A stretch of 64,000 nt of DNA from Zootoca vivipara (GCF_963506605.1 NC_083288.1:41974001-42038000); one strand, 5' to 3'; counted from the stretch's first letter, positions 36,363-47,843 are shown. Numbers and translations are program-made. Notes: generated from the letters alone by a model not told the origin.

Positions 36363-37685
36363 GAAATGGATAACCAACTAAAATTGAAAGACTTCCAAGA
36401 AGTAAGAAAGAAAGTAACCAATTGGTTACAATATTTCTACTGTAGTTAAATGAAACATTTTAAAATGATAGAAAGAAAGGATTTACCTACCTATGAAATT
36501 TCAAAATTGCAGAGAGAAATAATAGAAAGGGCACTAAAGTGTTATCAAAAATGTACAATTTGCTGTTGGAATGGGAAACTAAGCATCAAGAGGTCAAATC
36601 CATAGTGATAAAGTGGGAAAATCCACTCTACTTCCCTGTGGGGAGGATTTGCGGTGGACCACGTGGCCACCCACTCCTCCCTGGGGGCGGGGGAGAAAGC
36701 CCCGTGTCACCCGGAGGTTCCTGGCCACATCATTCGCCAGCCAGCCAATTCGCTCGCTGGGTGGGGCGTCGCCGTGACCCATTTAAACTGAGGCGCAAGC
36801 CAGAGAGTTTCCTCTTGGCACACTATACAAATGATAGAATGGGAACGGCTTTGGAAGAGGGATTTGAAATTTATGGCTTGTAAATTACATGAAAATTATC
36901 TGAAAATGATGTATAGGTGGTATTTGACACCGGTTAAATTAGAAAAATGTATAAATCAAGAGAAAACAAATGTTGGAAATGTAAAGAATTAGAAGGCACG
37001 TTTTATGATATGTGGTAGCAATGTAAAGTCGTTAAAAGGTTTTGGGAAATGATATATAATGAATTGGGGAAAAATACTGAAATTAACCTTTATTAAAACA
37101 ACAACAACCTGAAGCCTTCTTATTAGGAATTACAGGAATGGACATACCTAGAAAATACAAAAATCTCTTAATGTATGTGACTACATCCACTTGGATAGTG
37201 TTAGCTCAGCATTGGAAAGAAGAGTGGCAAATTAAGTTAATGGAATATGTGGAAATGGCTAAATAAACTGGAAATCTCCTAAAGCAACAACAAATTTAGG
37301 AATGAATGGAATATGTTTATTGCATATATATCAAAGCAATGAATACAAGTAAATACATCAGCATAATTTTTGAAACACCTGCAATGTAATGGGAGAGTAT
37401 AAAATTGGATACAGATAGAAAAACAAAATAATACGGACATGCAAAATTAATGGAACCAGGGGAAGGAGTGGAGGGAGTCAAGGAATTCAAGGAATTCCAA
37501 ATTTGAATTGATATTGGATATGTAAATATTTTTTCTTTTTCTTTTCTATTTTTTCTGTTTTTCCTTTAAAAAAATTTTTTGATGTTTATTTTTTGTGAAG
37601 TTTGTTACTGTGAAAATTAATAAAAAATAATAATCATAATCATTTAACAAAACTGTTATTAATACCCATAGCCCATAGCCATGGA

Positions 37686-37872
37686 CAGTCATACCTCGGT
37701 TTAAGTACGCTTCGGTTTGAGCACTTTCAGTTTAAGTACTGCACGGATGCATCTGGAACGGATTAATCCACTTTCCATTACTTTCAAAGGGAAAGTTCGC
37801 TTCAGGTTAAGTATGCTTCAGGTTAAGTACAGACTTCCAGAACCATTGTGTACTTAAACCAAGGTACCACTG
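37686..37872. mobile_element. Tc1/mariner (Tigger-like) MITE
   Basis: CAGTCATACCTCGGTTTAAG...CTTAAACCAAGGTACCACTG|TA. Confidence 0.8.
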
Positions 37873-38065
37873 TATGCATCATAAAATTAATTCCTGTACA
37901 AAAAAGGAGAGCTATTATTTATTATTTTCAGTGTTTAGGTTTTTGTTTTTTAAAAAAAGAGAGACAATTAATCAGGGAAGTGACTAGAAAATGGGATTGT
38001 CAAACCACATGCTGATCCTCAATATCTTTGAAGCACCACTGAAATAAAAGAAATTGGCTTTTGCT

Positions 38066-38227
38066 AACTTTTTTAATGAGGTCCTCTGGGATCAGTGGAA
38101 GGTGTTTCTTCTGGGCTCACTATATCCTTGGATGCACTTCTTCCATAAGCAATATAAATATGAGGATGAGGAAGATTTCTTCTGCCGGAAGGGCTGTCTG
38201 CAAATTGAAGGGCAACAAAGGGTAAAT
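38066..38227 (+). promoter_or_regulatory. OR4N-type promoter/first exon copy 3 (of pseudogene)
   Basis: AACTTTTTTAATGAGGTCCTCTGGGA at 38066-38091; donor weakened to GTAAAT at 38222. Confidence 0.6.
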
Positions 38228-39517
38228 GTTTGCCTCATCTCTGCTCTTTTTTACATTGTCTTTTTGCATGGCTTGAGTTTTCCTCCCTTGCTCCTCTACT
38301 GATCATTCAGCTCACTTTGGATAGCAGTTGATGGAAGCCATAGGAGGGGAGAGTGCTGTTGTCCTGCTTGCTGGCATCTGGTGGGCCACACTGAGAAGAA
38401 GATGCTGCACTGGCCTGATCCTGCAGGCTCTTCTTATGTGCTTAACTTCCTTGCTAATCACTACTAAGGAAGCAAAGAGAACTTGGAGGAGGGGTCTGGT
38501 GGAGGATCAGAATGGGAGGCATAGAAGGAATTTGTATTAAAATGATGCTTGATTTTGATTAGAGCTCTTTTTAAAACAATTATCAAACTGATTTTGAAAA
38601 GTGGGGAGTGGAATTTAAGATAGGGAAAATGAGAAACCAAGAAACCAAAAATGACAAATCCTTCTGTCCCTACTCTGTCCCGAGCCCTGCAAGAATGGCA
38701 AGCATTACCATTTAGGCAAAGTGATGAAGCTGCCTCAGGTGGCAGATGCTGGGTGGGAAATGTGGAGGACAGAATTGGGTGTGCCATATTGCTTGCACTT
38801 TGCCTCCTAAGCTGGTTGTAGTTGATGTGTAGTTGAGGATTCTCTGGTATCAAAGCAAAGTTAAGTTGCCAGTTTTGTCAGCAGCTGTGTGTAGTATTGG
38901 GGGAGGGGGGCACCATCTTATTCATCTCTTCAGGCAGCAAAAGGTTTTCATCCAGATCTCACCATTCTATCATGGTCTTGAGAATCTCTGTGGTTGGAGG
39001 AACAAAGGTTTAGGGTCCACCACCACCAACAGCAGCAGCAGTACTGGATCTCAGTCTTCTTAGCCTTAGATTTGGGGAATGGGCCATAACTCAGTGGTAA
39101 TCTGTTTTGCCCTTCCAGGCTCAATCCATTTGGATAAGTCAAGTACATGTGTCAAATGATAGTTGTGTTATGGTTTGCTTATTGGTTCTGAAATTGCAAA
39201 TGTAATTGATTTGGCTTTAACTGCACACTGAACTGAAATTCTCCACTTCACTCTCAGTGACATCTTCAGATCACAGAGGACTCTATGTGACTCATCTCCT
39301 GGGTTTAGTTTTCTGGACATTTTTTAGCCCTCCAGTCCAGATGGACCACCTATCACTGAGACATCTAACCCATACAGTGCTGGTAGGCAATCATCATTTC
39401 TCTGTGGAAAAGCCACAGAATCTGAATGTAAGCTTAACTTGTGAGCTACTTTGATCTACTTCTGGCCAGCCTACCAAATGGTTCCATTTATAACAAGGTG
39501 TATAAAAAGGAGCAGAG

Positions 39518-39834
39518 GTGGCCTGGTAAGTGCTGCATGTTTCATCCTCCTCCTCATCTCTTATGGGGCACTGCTAATAAAGGTGAGGACAAGCTCAAGC
39601 TGTGAAAAGAACAAAGCCTCATCTACGTGCATCACCCACATCATCATTGCCTGCATCATGTTTGCTCCAGCCATCTACATCAACTGCCATCCCTTCCAGG
39701 ACTATCCCTTTGACAAGGTGGTGGCCTTTTTCCACACCATGGTCTTCCCTCTGATGAATCCCATGATCTACACACTGAGGAACAAGGAGATAAAAGTTGC
39801 TATGTGGAGACTGATGAAGAAATATAAAAATTAG
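39518..39834 (+). pseudogene. OR4N-like pseudogene lacking acceptor, ATG and first ~202 codons
   Basis: Intron sequence AGCAGAGGTG fused to TM5 sequence GCCTGGTAAG; 672 bp missing relative to 30058-30729. Confidence 0.95.
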
Positions 39835-40340
39835 TGATTTTGCAATCAGTCCCTCTTCCCAAGATTCATGGGGCTCAGGGTTTTCATGGATGTGTAGATC
39901 TTATGCAAATAGGGTAGACATCATCGCTTTCTGACACTCCAATGAATTTATATTGGAGAACATGGATACTGTTTTGTGTTCCTTGTAGGAACCATGGTAT
40001 TAACATGACAAAAATCATAAATATCATATATAAATATTGCCAAATAAAAAATGCCCCTCTTTTTTCACCGAGAGAGCAAAACCTTTATTTTAAAAAATAA
40101 AAACAATCAATCTCCTTGGGGAATGTAGCAGAGGAGAAAATCCATATCCTGTGTACTGCCCCCAGAAAATCATCATGGTGCCCCCTCCTTACCATACTTT
40201 CCTACGCATGTTTATGCAAATATATTTACTTCCCAATAACTGTACTTAGGATTGCAAAATGGGGTTGTCAGCCACAAGCTTCTAATCAACATCCTCGAAG
40301 TAGCCTTGAAGTATTGAAAATAAATGAAAAAGAAGTTTGG

Positions 40341-40521
40341 TTTTTAATAAGGCCCTTGGTAGCCTGTGGATGAGGTGTACCCAAGGGTCTAGCTTATCCT
40401 TTGATACACACCTCCCCACCTTCAGCTCTCCCAGGGCCAGAAGTAAGATAGCTAGGGAGGATGAGGAGACCTTCTGCTGCCTCAAGGGCTGTCATACACT
40501 TGGTGGCAGCAAGGGGTAAGT
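40341..40521 (+). promoter_or_regulatory. Promoter/first exon of OR at 42816
   Basis: TTTTTAATAAGGCCCTTGGTA composite, further O/E-like CCCAAGGG and TCCCAGGG, donor GG|GTAAGT at 40516; aligns with 47659-47843. Confidence 0.6.
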
Positions 40522-40569
40522 GGCAGCTACATCTTCACACTTCAGCCTTCTCTTTCTCCCACTATACAT

Positions 40570-40632
40570 CTTCCTTCCTTCCTTCCTTCCTTCCTTCCTT
40601 CCTTCCTTCCTTCCTTCCTTCCTTCCTTCCTT
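40570..40632. repeat. (TTCC)n microsatellite
   Basis: Direct observation. Confidence 0.95.
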
Positions 40633-41472
40633 CTGCAAGAAAGCAAGAGGAGCAGCAAGACGAATAGGGTGAGAGAGCTGGTGGCTGTATTCACTCCATA
40701 GCCACAAGGGTGGGATGGGCAAGGTTCTTGAATTCTCTCTGCTACCAATAGTGAAGTGGTAGCCATAGCTGCCAAGTTCTCCCTTTTTTTTAAGGGAAAT
40801 TCCCTTATGCTGAATAGGTTTCCTCGCGAGAAAAGGGAAAACTTGGCAGCTATGGTGGTAGCACACCTGCCTTTCATGCAGAAGGCCACAGATTCAACCT
40901 CTGGGTTCTCCAGGTAGGCCTAGGGAAGACTCCTGTCTAAAATCCTGGATAGCAACTGCCAGTCAGTGCAGATAATACCAAGCTAGATAGACCATCTTCT
41001 TATGCTCTGCTTCTTCTCCTCATCAAATCAATACTAATTTGTTCATCTATACTGTTTTTCTCTCATTAGGAAACATACACTCATTGTTTTCTATGTTGCA
41101 AAAGATAGTCTAAAACTTGCATACATTTTAAAGAGAGAAGAACAATCATGCCTTTTCTCTTGGAGGAATTGGGATTCAAAAATAGAAAGGTAATATTTTG
41201 AGGTCCCTCTTCTGGAAAATTCATGTGTTTGCATAATTTCTGCTTCACAGGTCCATAATGTGGGTATCTGGGAGAGAACCTTTATGTATGTGTATCTATT
41301 TCCTGTGATTATTCATTCCCATTATTTATACATGGAATGGAATTGCAAGGTTCAGCATATTTGCTTTATTTACAAATATCCAAGCAAAGAATGACAGAAG
41401 CAAGCAGGCGCTCCTAAAGCAGGCAATAAATATTCAGAGAACAACTTCTGTGCTCTCTTAACTCCAGTTAGG

Positions 41473-41951
41473 TGCCAGGGTGCCTTCAGAATGCACCGAG
41501 TCCCCTAACATACAGTACCACAGTGGGGAAGAAATGAATTGGCCACAGCCTGGGGAGATAGGAAATACTGCTACCGATGGTGACGGGGAACCAGGAACGA
41601 GCAGGGAGGGTTTAGATTCCCAGCACACGGAGGGAGAGGAGGGGGCACAGGGAAGAGAACAGGGGATTTCTCAGACCATGCAAGGGTTAAGCTCTGGATG
41701 GAGGAGGTGCCACAGCCTGCCTCTCCTGCACAAGGAGGGCTGAAAGAGTGTGTGTCGAAAAACTTTCCCGCCTTTGCTGCTAGAAAAGGAGTCGGAAATC
41801 ACTGGAGCCAACTGCCAATAGTGAGGAGAGCGGTGATGGCTAGGTCTCGTACTGCTTTGTGTAAATAGTTGTAAATAAAAGCTATAGAAACGACAAACTG
41901 TTGTTGCTGCTACTGCTTCTGCGTGAAGAGAACAACTGCACGTCCCTGACA
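41473..41951 (+). mobile_element. Solo LTR (479 bp)
   Basis: TGCCAGGG...CCCTGACA termini, 5-bp TSD TTAGG, AATAAA ~41875. Confidence 0.8.
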
Positions 41952-42317
41952 TTAGGCACTATAAGCAGATGATCTCTCTAAACTAACATTTTTGCTCGTT
42001 CTCTCTACCTACATCTGCCCCCAGCTGGATATTTCTTATCTCTTCCTGTATCTAATTCAAAAGATGTATATCTCTCTCATATATTGCCCAGAGAAGGAGA
42101 GAGTTCATGGCACACTGAGCACTCAGCCGAAACTATTAGCACACCAGTAACCTAACAAGGAGGACATTAGTAGCTAATCATAACATTATTTCTACTGTAT
42201 TAAGTGGGGCAGCAAGTGAAAGAGCACTAAAATATGAAATGCACAGATGAGCCTCAAACTGATGCTTATTAAATAGAAATTTCACCACTCTATTTTTCCT
42301 CATTTTTTTTATTTCAG

Positions 42318-42368
42318 TCAATGACCCTCCTTGCAATCCTTTCACTAAAACAGGGAGGGCATTTGGAG
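42318..42368 (+). other. Predicted 51-nt internal 5'-UTR exon of OR at 42816
   Basis: TTTTTTTTATTTCAG acceptor and GAG|GTGAGT donor. Confidence 0.5.
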
Positions 42369-42815
42369 GTGAGTGCTCAGCAGAAGCTGAACTGAATGCT
42401 GAATCCCTCTTGGAGGAGCATGCTTTCTCCCAGATATAATCACACTGAGACTCTGAGTTTAGGAAAACAAGGAAGCCAGTGTTTATTAGAGAAAATACAT
42501 GTTAGGTGAAAAGAGATTACCAAGCTTTAGTCAAGAAAGTGCAGCTATTTCTGGCACTTTGAAAACTATACCAGTATGATAAACTTCTTTTCAATTGAAA
42601 TTGACTTTTCATTTGCCTTTTGAAAAAGCAACAGCTGGACAAGATACCCAAATGATAACTGGACCCCTGCTTTCTTACAAACCAGCCAACCAATGGGTTG
42701 TATGCACTGTTTATATAACCTTGAGGTGAAACTGGGGAAGGGGAAACCCACCTTGTAGATGTTTCCTGTTTAACATCTCCACCATTATTTGACTGCAGAG
42801 CTATGCACTCTAAAA

Positions 42816-43769
42816 ATGGAACAATGGAACCATACAGTAGTGGAGATGGGACAACTGAACCATACAGTAGTGGCAGAGTTTGTTCTCCAGGGATTATCAC
42901 AGATCTGGGAGCTGCAGCTGTTCCTCTGTTGTCTCCTCCTGCTCTTCTATGTCATCATCCTACCAGGAAACATCCTTATCATTGTGACCATTTTGAAATA
43001 TTCCCATCTGGGATCCCCCATGTTTTTCTTCTTGGCCAATTTGGCTTTGATGGACATCTGCTATAGCTGTGTCACCCCTCCAAAGATGATAGCCAACTTC
43101 TTGGCTGGCTGCAGAACCATCTCCTACAGGGGCTGCATTGCTCAGCTTTTCTTCATTCATTTTCTGGGTGGGGCCGAGATCAACCTCCTTATTGCCATGG
43201 CTGTGGATCGGTATGTAGCCATCTGCCACCCACTGCACTATGCCACTGTGATGACCAGGGTGGTTTGCTGGACATTAGTTGTAGGTTCATGGGCAGGAGG
43301 ATTCATACATTCTATAATCCAGGTGATTCTCATCATACCACTTCCTTTCTGTGGCCCCAATGAACTGGACAATTTCTTTTGTGACATCACCCAGATCGTC
43401 AAGCTGGCTTGCACCAACACTTATGCATTAGAATTTGTCATGTTTGTTAATAGTGGTCTGGTCACTACTGGATGTTTCATCCTCCTCCTCATTTCATATG
43501 GGGCTTTGCTGGTCAAGGTGAGGACAGGCTCGGGTCAAGGGAAGAGCAAAGCCTCCTCTACATGCATCACCCACATCATCATTGTCTTCATCATGTTTGG
43601 TCCGGCTATCTACATCTACTGCCGTCCCTTCCAAGATTTCCCCTTCGACAAGATAGTGGCTTTTTTCCACACTGTGGTCTTTCCTTTGATGAACCCCACA
43701 ATCTACACACTGAGAAACAAGGAGATCAAAGTTGCTATGTGGAGACTGATGATGAAGTATAAAATTTAG
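42816..43769 (+). CDS. Olfactory receptor, family 4 (OR4N/OR4M-like), 317 aa, duplicated N-terminal decapeptide
   Basis: PGN, PMFFFLANLA, MAVDRYVAICHPLHY, KASSTCITH, PLMNPTIYTLRNKE; alternative ATG at 42846. Confidence 0.96.
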   Translation: MEQWNHTVVEMGQLNHTVVAEFVLQGLSQIWELQLFLCCLLLLFYVIILPGNILIIVTILKYSHLGSPMFFFLANLALMDICYSCVTPPKMIANFLAGCRTISYRGCIAQLFFIHFLGGAEINLLIAMAVDRYVAICHPLHYATVMTRVVCWTLVVGSWAGGFIHSIIQVILIIPLPFCGPNELDNFFCDITQIVKLACTNTYALEFVMFVNSGLVTTGCFILLLISYGALLVKVRTGSGQGKSKASSTCITHIIIVFIMFGPAIYIYCRPFQDFPFDKIVAFFHTVVFPLMNPTIYTLRNKEIKVAMWRLMMKYKI

Positions 43770-45393
43770 GCAGGTATCTGAAAGGAGAGTCTATTGCTTC
43801 AGTGATCACTTTTATTTTACCTTATCATCCCAGTTTCTTGGGCCAATGTTGTAGTAACACAGTAGTGCCTTTATAGTGAGTACATACAAGGTAAATTTTA
43901 AGGGTGATATGAAATGAAGTATTTCTATGAAATAAAGTGATAAACGTGGGTGAAATGGATTTTCAGCACTGTAGTCTAATGAATTAACTGTGTAGTAAAG
44001 CTAGCACATATTTTTAATAACTTTGGAATAACTTGCCAAAACCAATCAAATCTTCATGCTGGAAAATGTTAGCTATTTTTGAGTCATTCAGATTGGTGCT
44101 GCGGTTTCACTCCCAAACCTTTGTGGTAAAATAGACTTCTTAAACAAAACTTGAAGGTGAATCTTTACTTGTCAGGATGGCAACAACTGAACAAGTTGTA
44201 TTATTTATATATTGAGTTCAATACAATTTATTTCTCTCCCTTGAGCCCAAGAGAGGGTTGAGTCTTCTTGCTTCAAAAACACACACTTTCATAGCAATGC
44301 ATAAATCATTAGTCCTTTGCTTGGCTGTCTTCATAATCCCCCCCCCCCCCCGACACAGCCTGCTTGAAGTCTTCACACTCCCATGTTCTCAGGCAACAAA
44401 ATGACAGCAAGACACCCCCACCCTCACATTTAACACACCCCCACCCTCACACACACACTTTTAAAGGCAGTTAACAAGTTAACATTCAGCATATCTGTGA
44501 CCTTGATTGGAGCCGCCTGCTTTGCAACTGTTACATTAATGTACATGTTCTTTACCCCGGTACAATTTATGATTTGTAAAATACATTTTCTACCAAATAC
44601 AGCACAAAACTAACAAGAAACACTTGAAGCACATTTGTTTTCTTCACATCTTCCTCCTTGCACACTCCTCTAAGTGTTGGAAATGTTGAGAACATTCTCC
44701 TAATAATGATGAGTATTTGTAATAAGTAAAGTTTATCAACCTTTGTTCTAATCATTAGACATTCTAGGAATATTCAAGTGTAATCTATGGAGCAGAGGTG
44801 GGTATGTTGTGATCCTCAAGACTTTGCTGGACTCCAACTCCCATCATTCCTGACCAATGGCCATGCTAGCTGAAGCTGATGGGAATTGGTGTCCAGTGAC
44901 ACATCGTTGGGGTTCATGTGCCTAAACCTCCTATAGAGGAACCCTGTATTATTAAAATTGCACAGAAAACAAAGAACTGATAGATTTTTGTGCAATCCAA
45001 ACTCATGATCTACCTATATTGAATGCCCTGATACCCTTTCTCCATATAGCTGTGCTTGATCTGATATGTAGAGATCTTTCCTAATCTGATTAATTAATGA
45101 GGGTTTCTGGAAGCTTTTCTGTGTGAAAGAAACAAGCAGAAGGTTCATGATGTTTGGGTTATTCCTTTAGAGAAGTTGAGCAGGAACGTAGGAAGGGGGG
45201 TGATTCGCACCGGGTGTCATCCCTGAGGGTGGGTGACAAAAAGGCACATGCAGCAAACTCCGGCCACTGAAGCTGGTTGAAACTGGTTCTTTTATCTCTT
45301 CTGTCAAGGTCATGCTCACTATAATAATGCCAGAAGGAGCCCGGGTTTCACTTTCCTTTCTGTCTTTCTTTCCTTCTGGTGTGGTGTTCTGTA

Positions 45394-45604
45394 CAGTGGT
45401 ACCTCGGGTTACGAACACGAGCCATTCCGGGACGCAGTCCGAACCCCGAAATGGCCATAACCCGAAGTGCCATTTTGCACATGCGCAAACTGCGATTTCC
45501 ACGATTTCCGCGCTTTGCGCATGCGCAGAAGATGTGCACGGTGAAAATACTTCTGGGTTTGTGGAGTTCGTAACCCGAGGTGTTCATAACCCGAGGTACG
45601 ACTG
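45394..45604. mobile_element. Tc1/mariner (Tigger-like) MITE, CpG-rich
   Basis: TA|CAGTGGTACCTCGGGTTA...TAACCCGAGGTACGACTG|TA. Confidence 0.9.
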
Positions 45605-45921
45605 TACATAGTATGCTTAGTGTTAAGGTTTAGACTTAGGATAATTTATTATAAATTTAAATTCAGTCTGCTGCAACTGGAGTTCTTATGGACTGTGCCA
45701 ATCCTGAATGTATTGGATTTCTGACCATTATCCTCATTTCCCTTCAGTAGCAGTAAAGCTCTGCTGGCTGAAATACAATTGCCTCTTGTCTATTTACTGG
45801 GAATCCTACAACGTGTTTAAGTTTTTACTCTGCTAACTATACGTTGGAGTTCTGCTCTGGATCATATTGAGTAGAATTTCATGACAGTAGCCAGTCATAT
45901 TTTACTATTTAATAGCACCAC

Positions 45922-46133
45922 CAGGGCCGGCTCTACGGTCAGGCTGGGTGGCACAGGGCGCCACGGCGCCGGCCCGGCAGGGGGGGGGGCGCCACACAGC
46001 TGTGCCTGCCCACCTGCCGACCACTCCGCCGCGCAGGAAGCCCGCCCGCCTGTCGCGCTGGAAAACGGGGCGATGGCGGAGGGAACCATCACACCACGGC
46101 GCCAGGGCGCCAAAGGTGCTGAAGACGGCCCTG
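45922..46133. mobile_element. GC-rich hAT-type MITE
   Basis: CAGGGCCG...CGGCCCTG TIRs; 8-bp TSD AGCACCAC. Confidence 0.9.
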
Positions 46134-46174
46134 AGCACCACAAAGCCAAATTAGGCAACACTAATCTAAATAAC

Positions 46175-46327
46175 GATGACAAAGGACGAGATGGTTGGAC
46201 AGTGTTCTCGAAGCTACGAACATGAGTTTGACCAAACTGCGGGAGGCAGTGGAAGACAGGAGTGCCTGGCGTGCTATGGTCCATGGGGTCACGAAGAGTC
46301 GGACACGACTAAACGACTAAACAACAA
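46175..46327 (+). mobile_element. BovB LINE 3' fragment
   Basis: BovB tail; 13-bp TSD TAATCTAAATAAC. Confidence 0.93.
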
Positions 46328-46754
46328 TAATCTAAATAACCAATCATACAACTTCCCTGTAAGATATGGCTACATAAGATATGACAATTAGAATAAGATC
46401 TATTATTTGATTATTGATGTAAACCCCCAAAAGGTATTTTTCATTGTTATAAAAAAATACCTCTATCTTCAGTACATTTTACTTTATTTTATATTATTTT
46501 TATTTTATTGCTTTGGCTAGTGGCTGATGCAAATAAAGATTCTTCTGATTCTACATGAGAATGTTTCAGTGCTAGTTCATAACTGGGGTAATGCATTCTG
46601 CCAATGTGGAAAAGAGCAAATTTCTTCACTGCTGATAAGGATCCAGGGCAGGCCAGCACAACAGGCCTGACAGGATTTCAGAGCCCATCAAGCAAAAGCG
46701 GAGTCATCAAAAAGGCAGGAGTCAAAGAGTGACAACCCAACTAACAGTTGCAGT

Positions 46755-47049
46755 CAGTGCCGGATTTACATATAAGCTAAACAAGCTATAGCTTAGGGCC
46801 CCACTCTCTTGGGGCCCCCCAAAAATGTAAAGGAAAAAATATAAGATAAAAAACAAATAATGTAAAACCTACACACAGGAACAGTGTTTCGGGTTGTTTA
46901 TGGACCTATTAGGTCCATAAATTACCATATAGCATATATTCAACACAAAAAACAACAACCATTTGTTGTTGACAAAGGACAGCTGGACATATAAAGGGCC
47001 CCATTACCTTCAGTAGCTTAGGGCCTCATCAAACCTAAATCTGGCCCTG
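46755..47049. mobile_element. Non-autonomous DNA transposon (hAT-like)
   Basis: CAGTGCCGGATTTA...TAAATCTGGCCCTG TIRs; flanking GTTGCAGT repeat. Confidence 0.8.
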
Positions 47050-47062
47050 GGTTGCAGTAGAC

Positions 47063-47185
47063 CAGGCTTCCTCAACCTCTGCCCTCCAGATGTTTCGAGA
47101 CTACAATTCCCACCATCCCTGTTAGCTAGGGATCATGGGAGTTGTAGGCCAAAAACATCTGGAGGGCTAAGGTTGAGGAAGCCTG
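47063..47185. mobile_element. hAT-type MITE
   Basis: CAGGCTTCCTCAACC TIRs; TSD CAGTAGAC / CAGAAGAC. Confidence 0.88.
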
Positions 47186-47658
47186 CAGAAGACTGATCAA
47201 AAGTAGATGAGAGAAATTAACAATAATGCAACAATCATGTCAGCGAAAGCCAGGGATTATTCAGTCTCTAGTGTTGTTGGGCAAATGTTAACTCAGGGGT
47301 AGGAAACCTCTGTCCCATGGGTCAACCTTGTTCCTCCAGGGAGTCCAAGATGACTCATGAGGCCATCTTCTGCAAACCACACCCACTTGTCCATCATCTT
47401 ATGTACTTGGGTGACATCACCTGATGAGTGGAACAGTGGGGTTCAATCCTGTTGGTGGTCTGCTTTGTCAGCATATTGCCTGAAGATTCAAGGGGCAGCA
47501 CGAGCTATTTGAAATCCCTGTTTTAAACAGCCCCATGCTACTTTTGAACCTCCAAAAACTGATAATTTATAGGACTTCCAAACAGCCCCACATTGTACTT
47601 TGAAGTCCTGGCAGTTGAAGCTTCACAGCTGATTTTTCAATAAAGCCCTTGGTGCTAT

Positions 47659-47843
47659 CTTTTTAATAAGGTCCTTGGGAGGCAATGGAAGGAGCTGCTC
47701 CTAAGGGCCCTGGATGTCCTTGAATAGGCAACTTCTTCTCCCCACTTTTGGCTCTCCTAGGGCCAGAAGCAATATAGCCATGGAGATGGATGAGGGAGTC
47801 TAGGGGTGCCTCAAGGACTGCCAGAAAATTAAGGAAGGTAATT
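47659..47843 (+). promoter_or_regulatory. Promoter/first exon of OR at 49580
   Basis: CTTTTTAATAAGGTCCTTGGGAG composite; CTCCTAAGGG and CTCCTAGGG O/E-like sites; AG|GTAATT donor at 47838. Confidence 0.6.

Larger units (their letters stand above)
31098..37630 (+). mobile_element. 5'-truncated, decayed L1-clade LINE (ORF2 RT to poly-A) hosting nested insertions
   Basis: NYRPISLLN, GTRQGYLLSPLLF, AFADDL, KYLGI, MNVLPKMLFLFQ and CWKC motifs in broken frames; A-rich 3' end ~37620. Confidence 0.92.

Noticed and set aside
39451-39834. 127-aa ORF as a short receptor
   Set aside because: Fusion of intron sequence to TM5-TM7; no acceptor and no TM1-4
44090-44560. Possible minus-strand solo LTR
   Set aside because: Could not define termini or TSD
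45881-46284. GC-rich ORFs / apparent CpG island
   Set aside because: Explained by a young hAT MITE and a BovB fragment, both with TSDs
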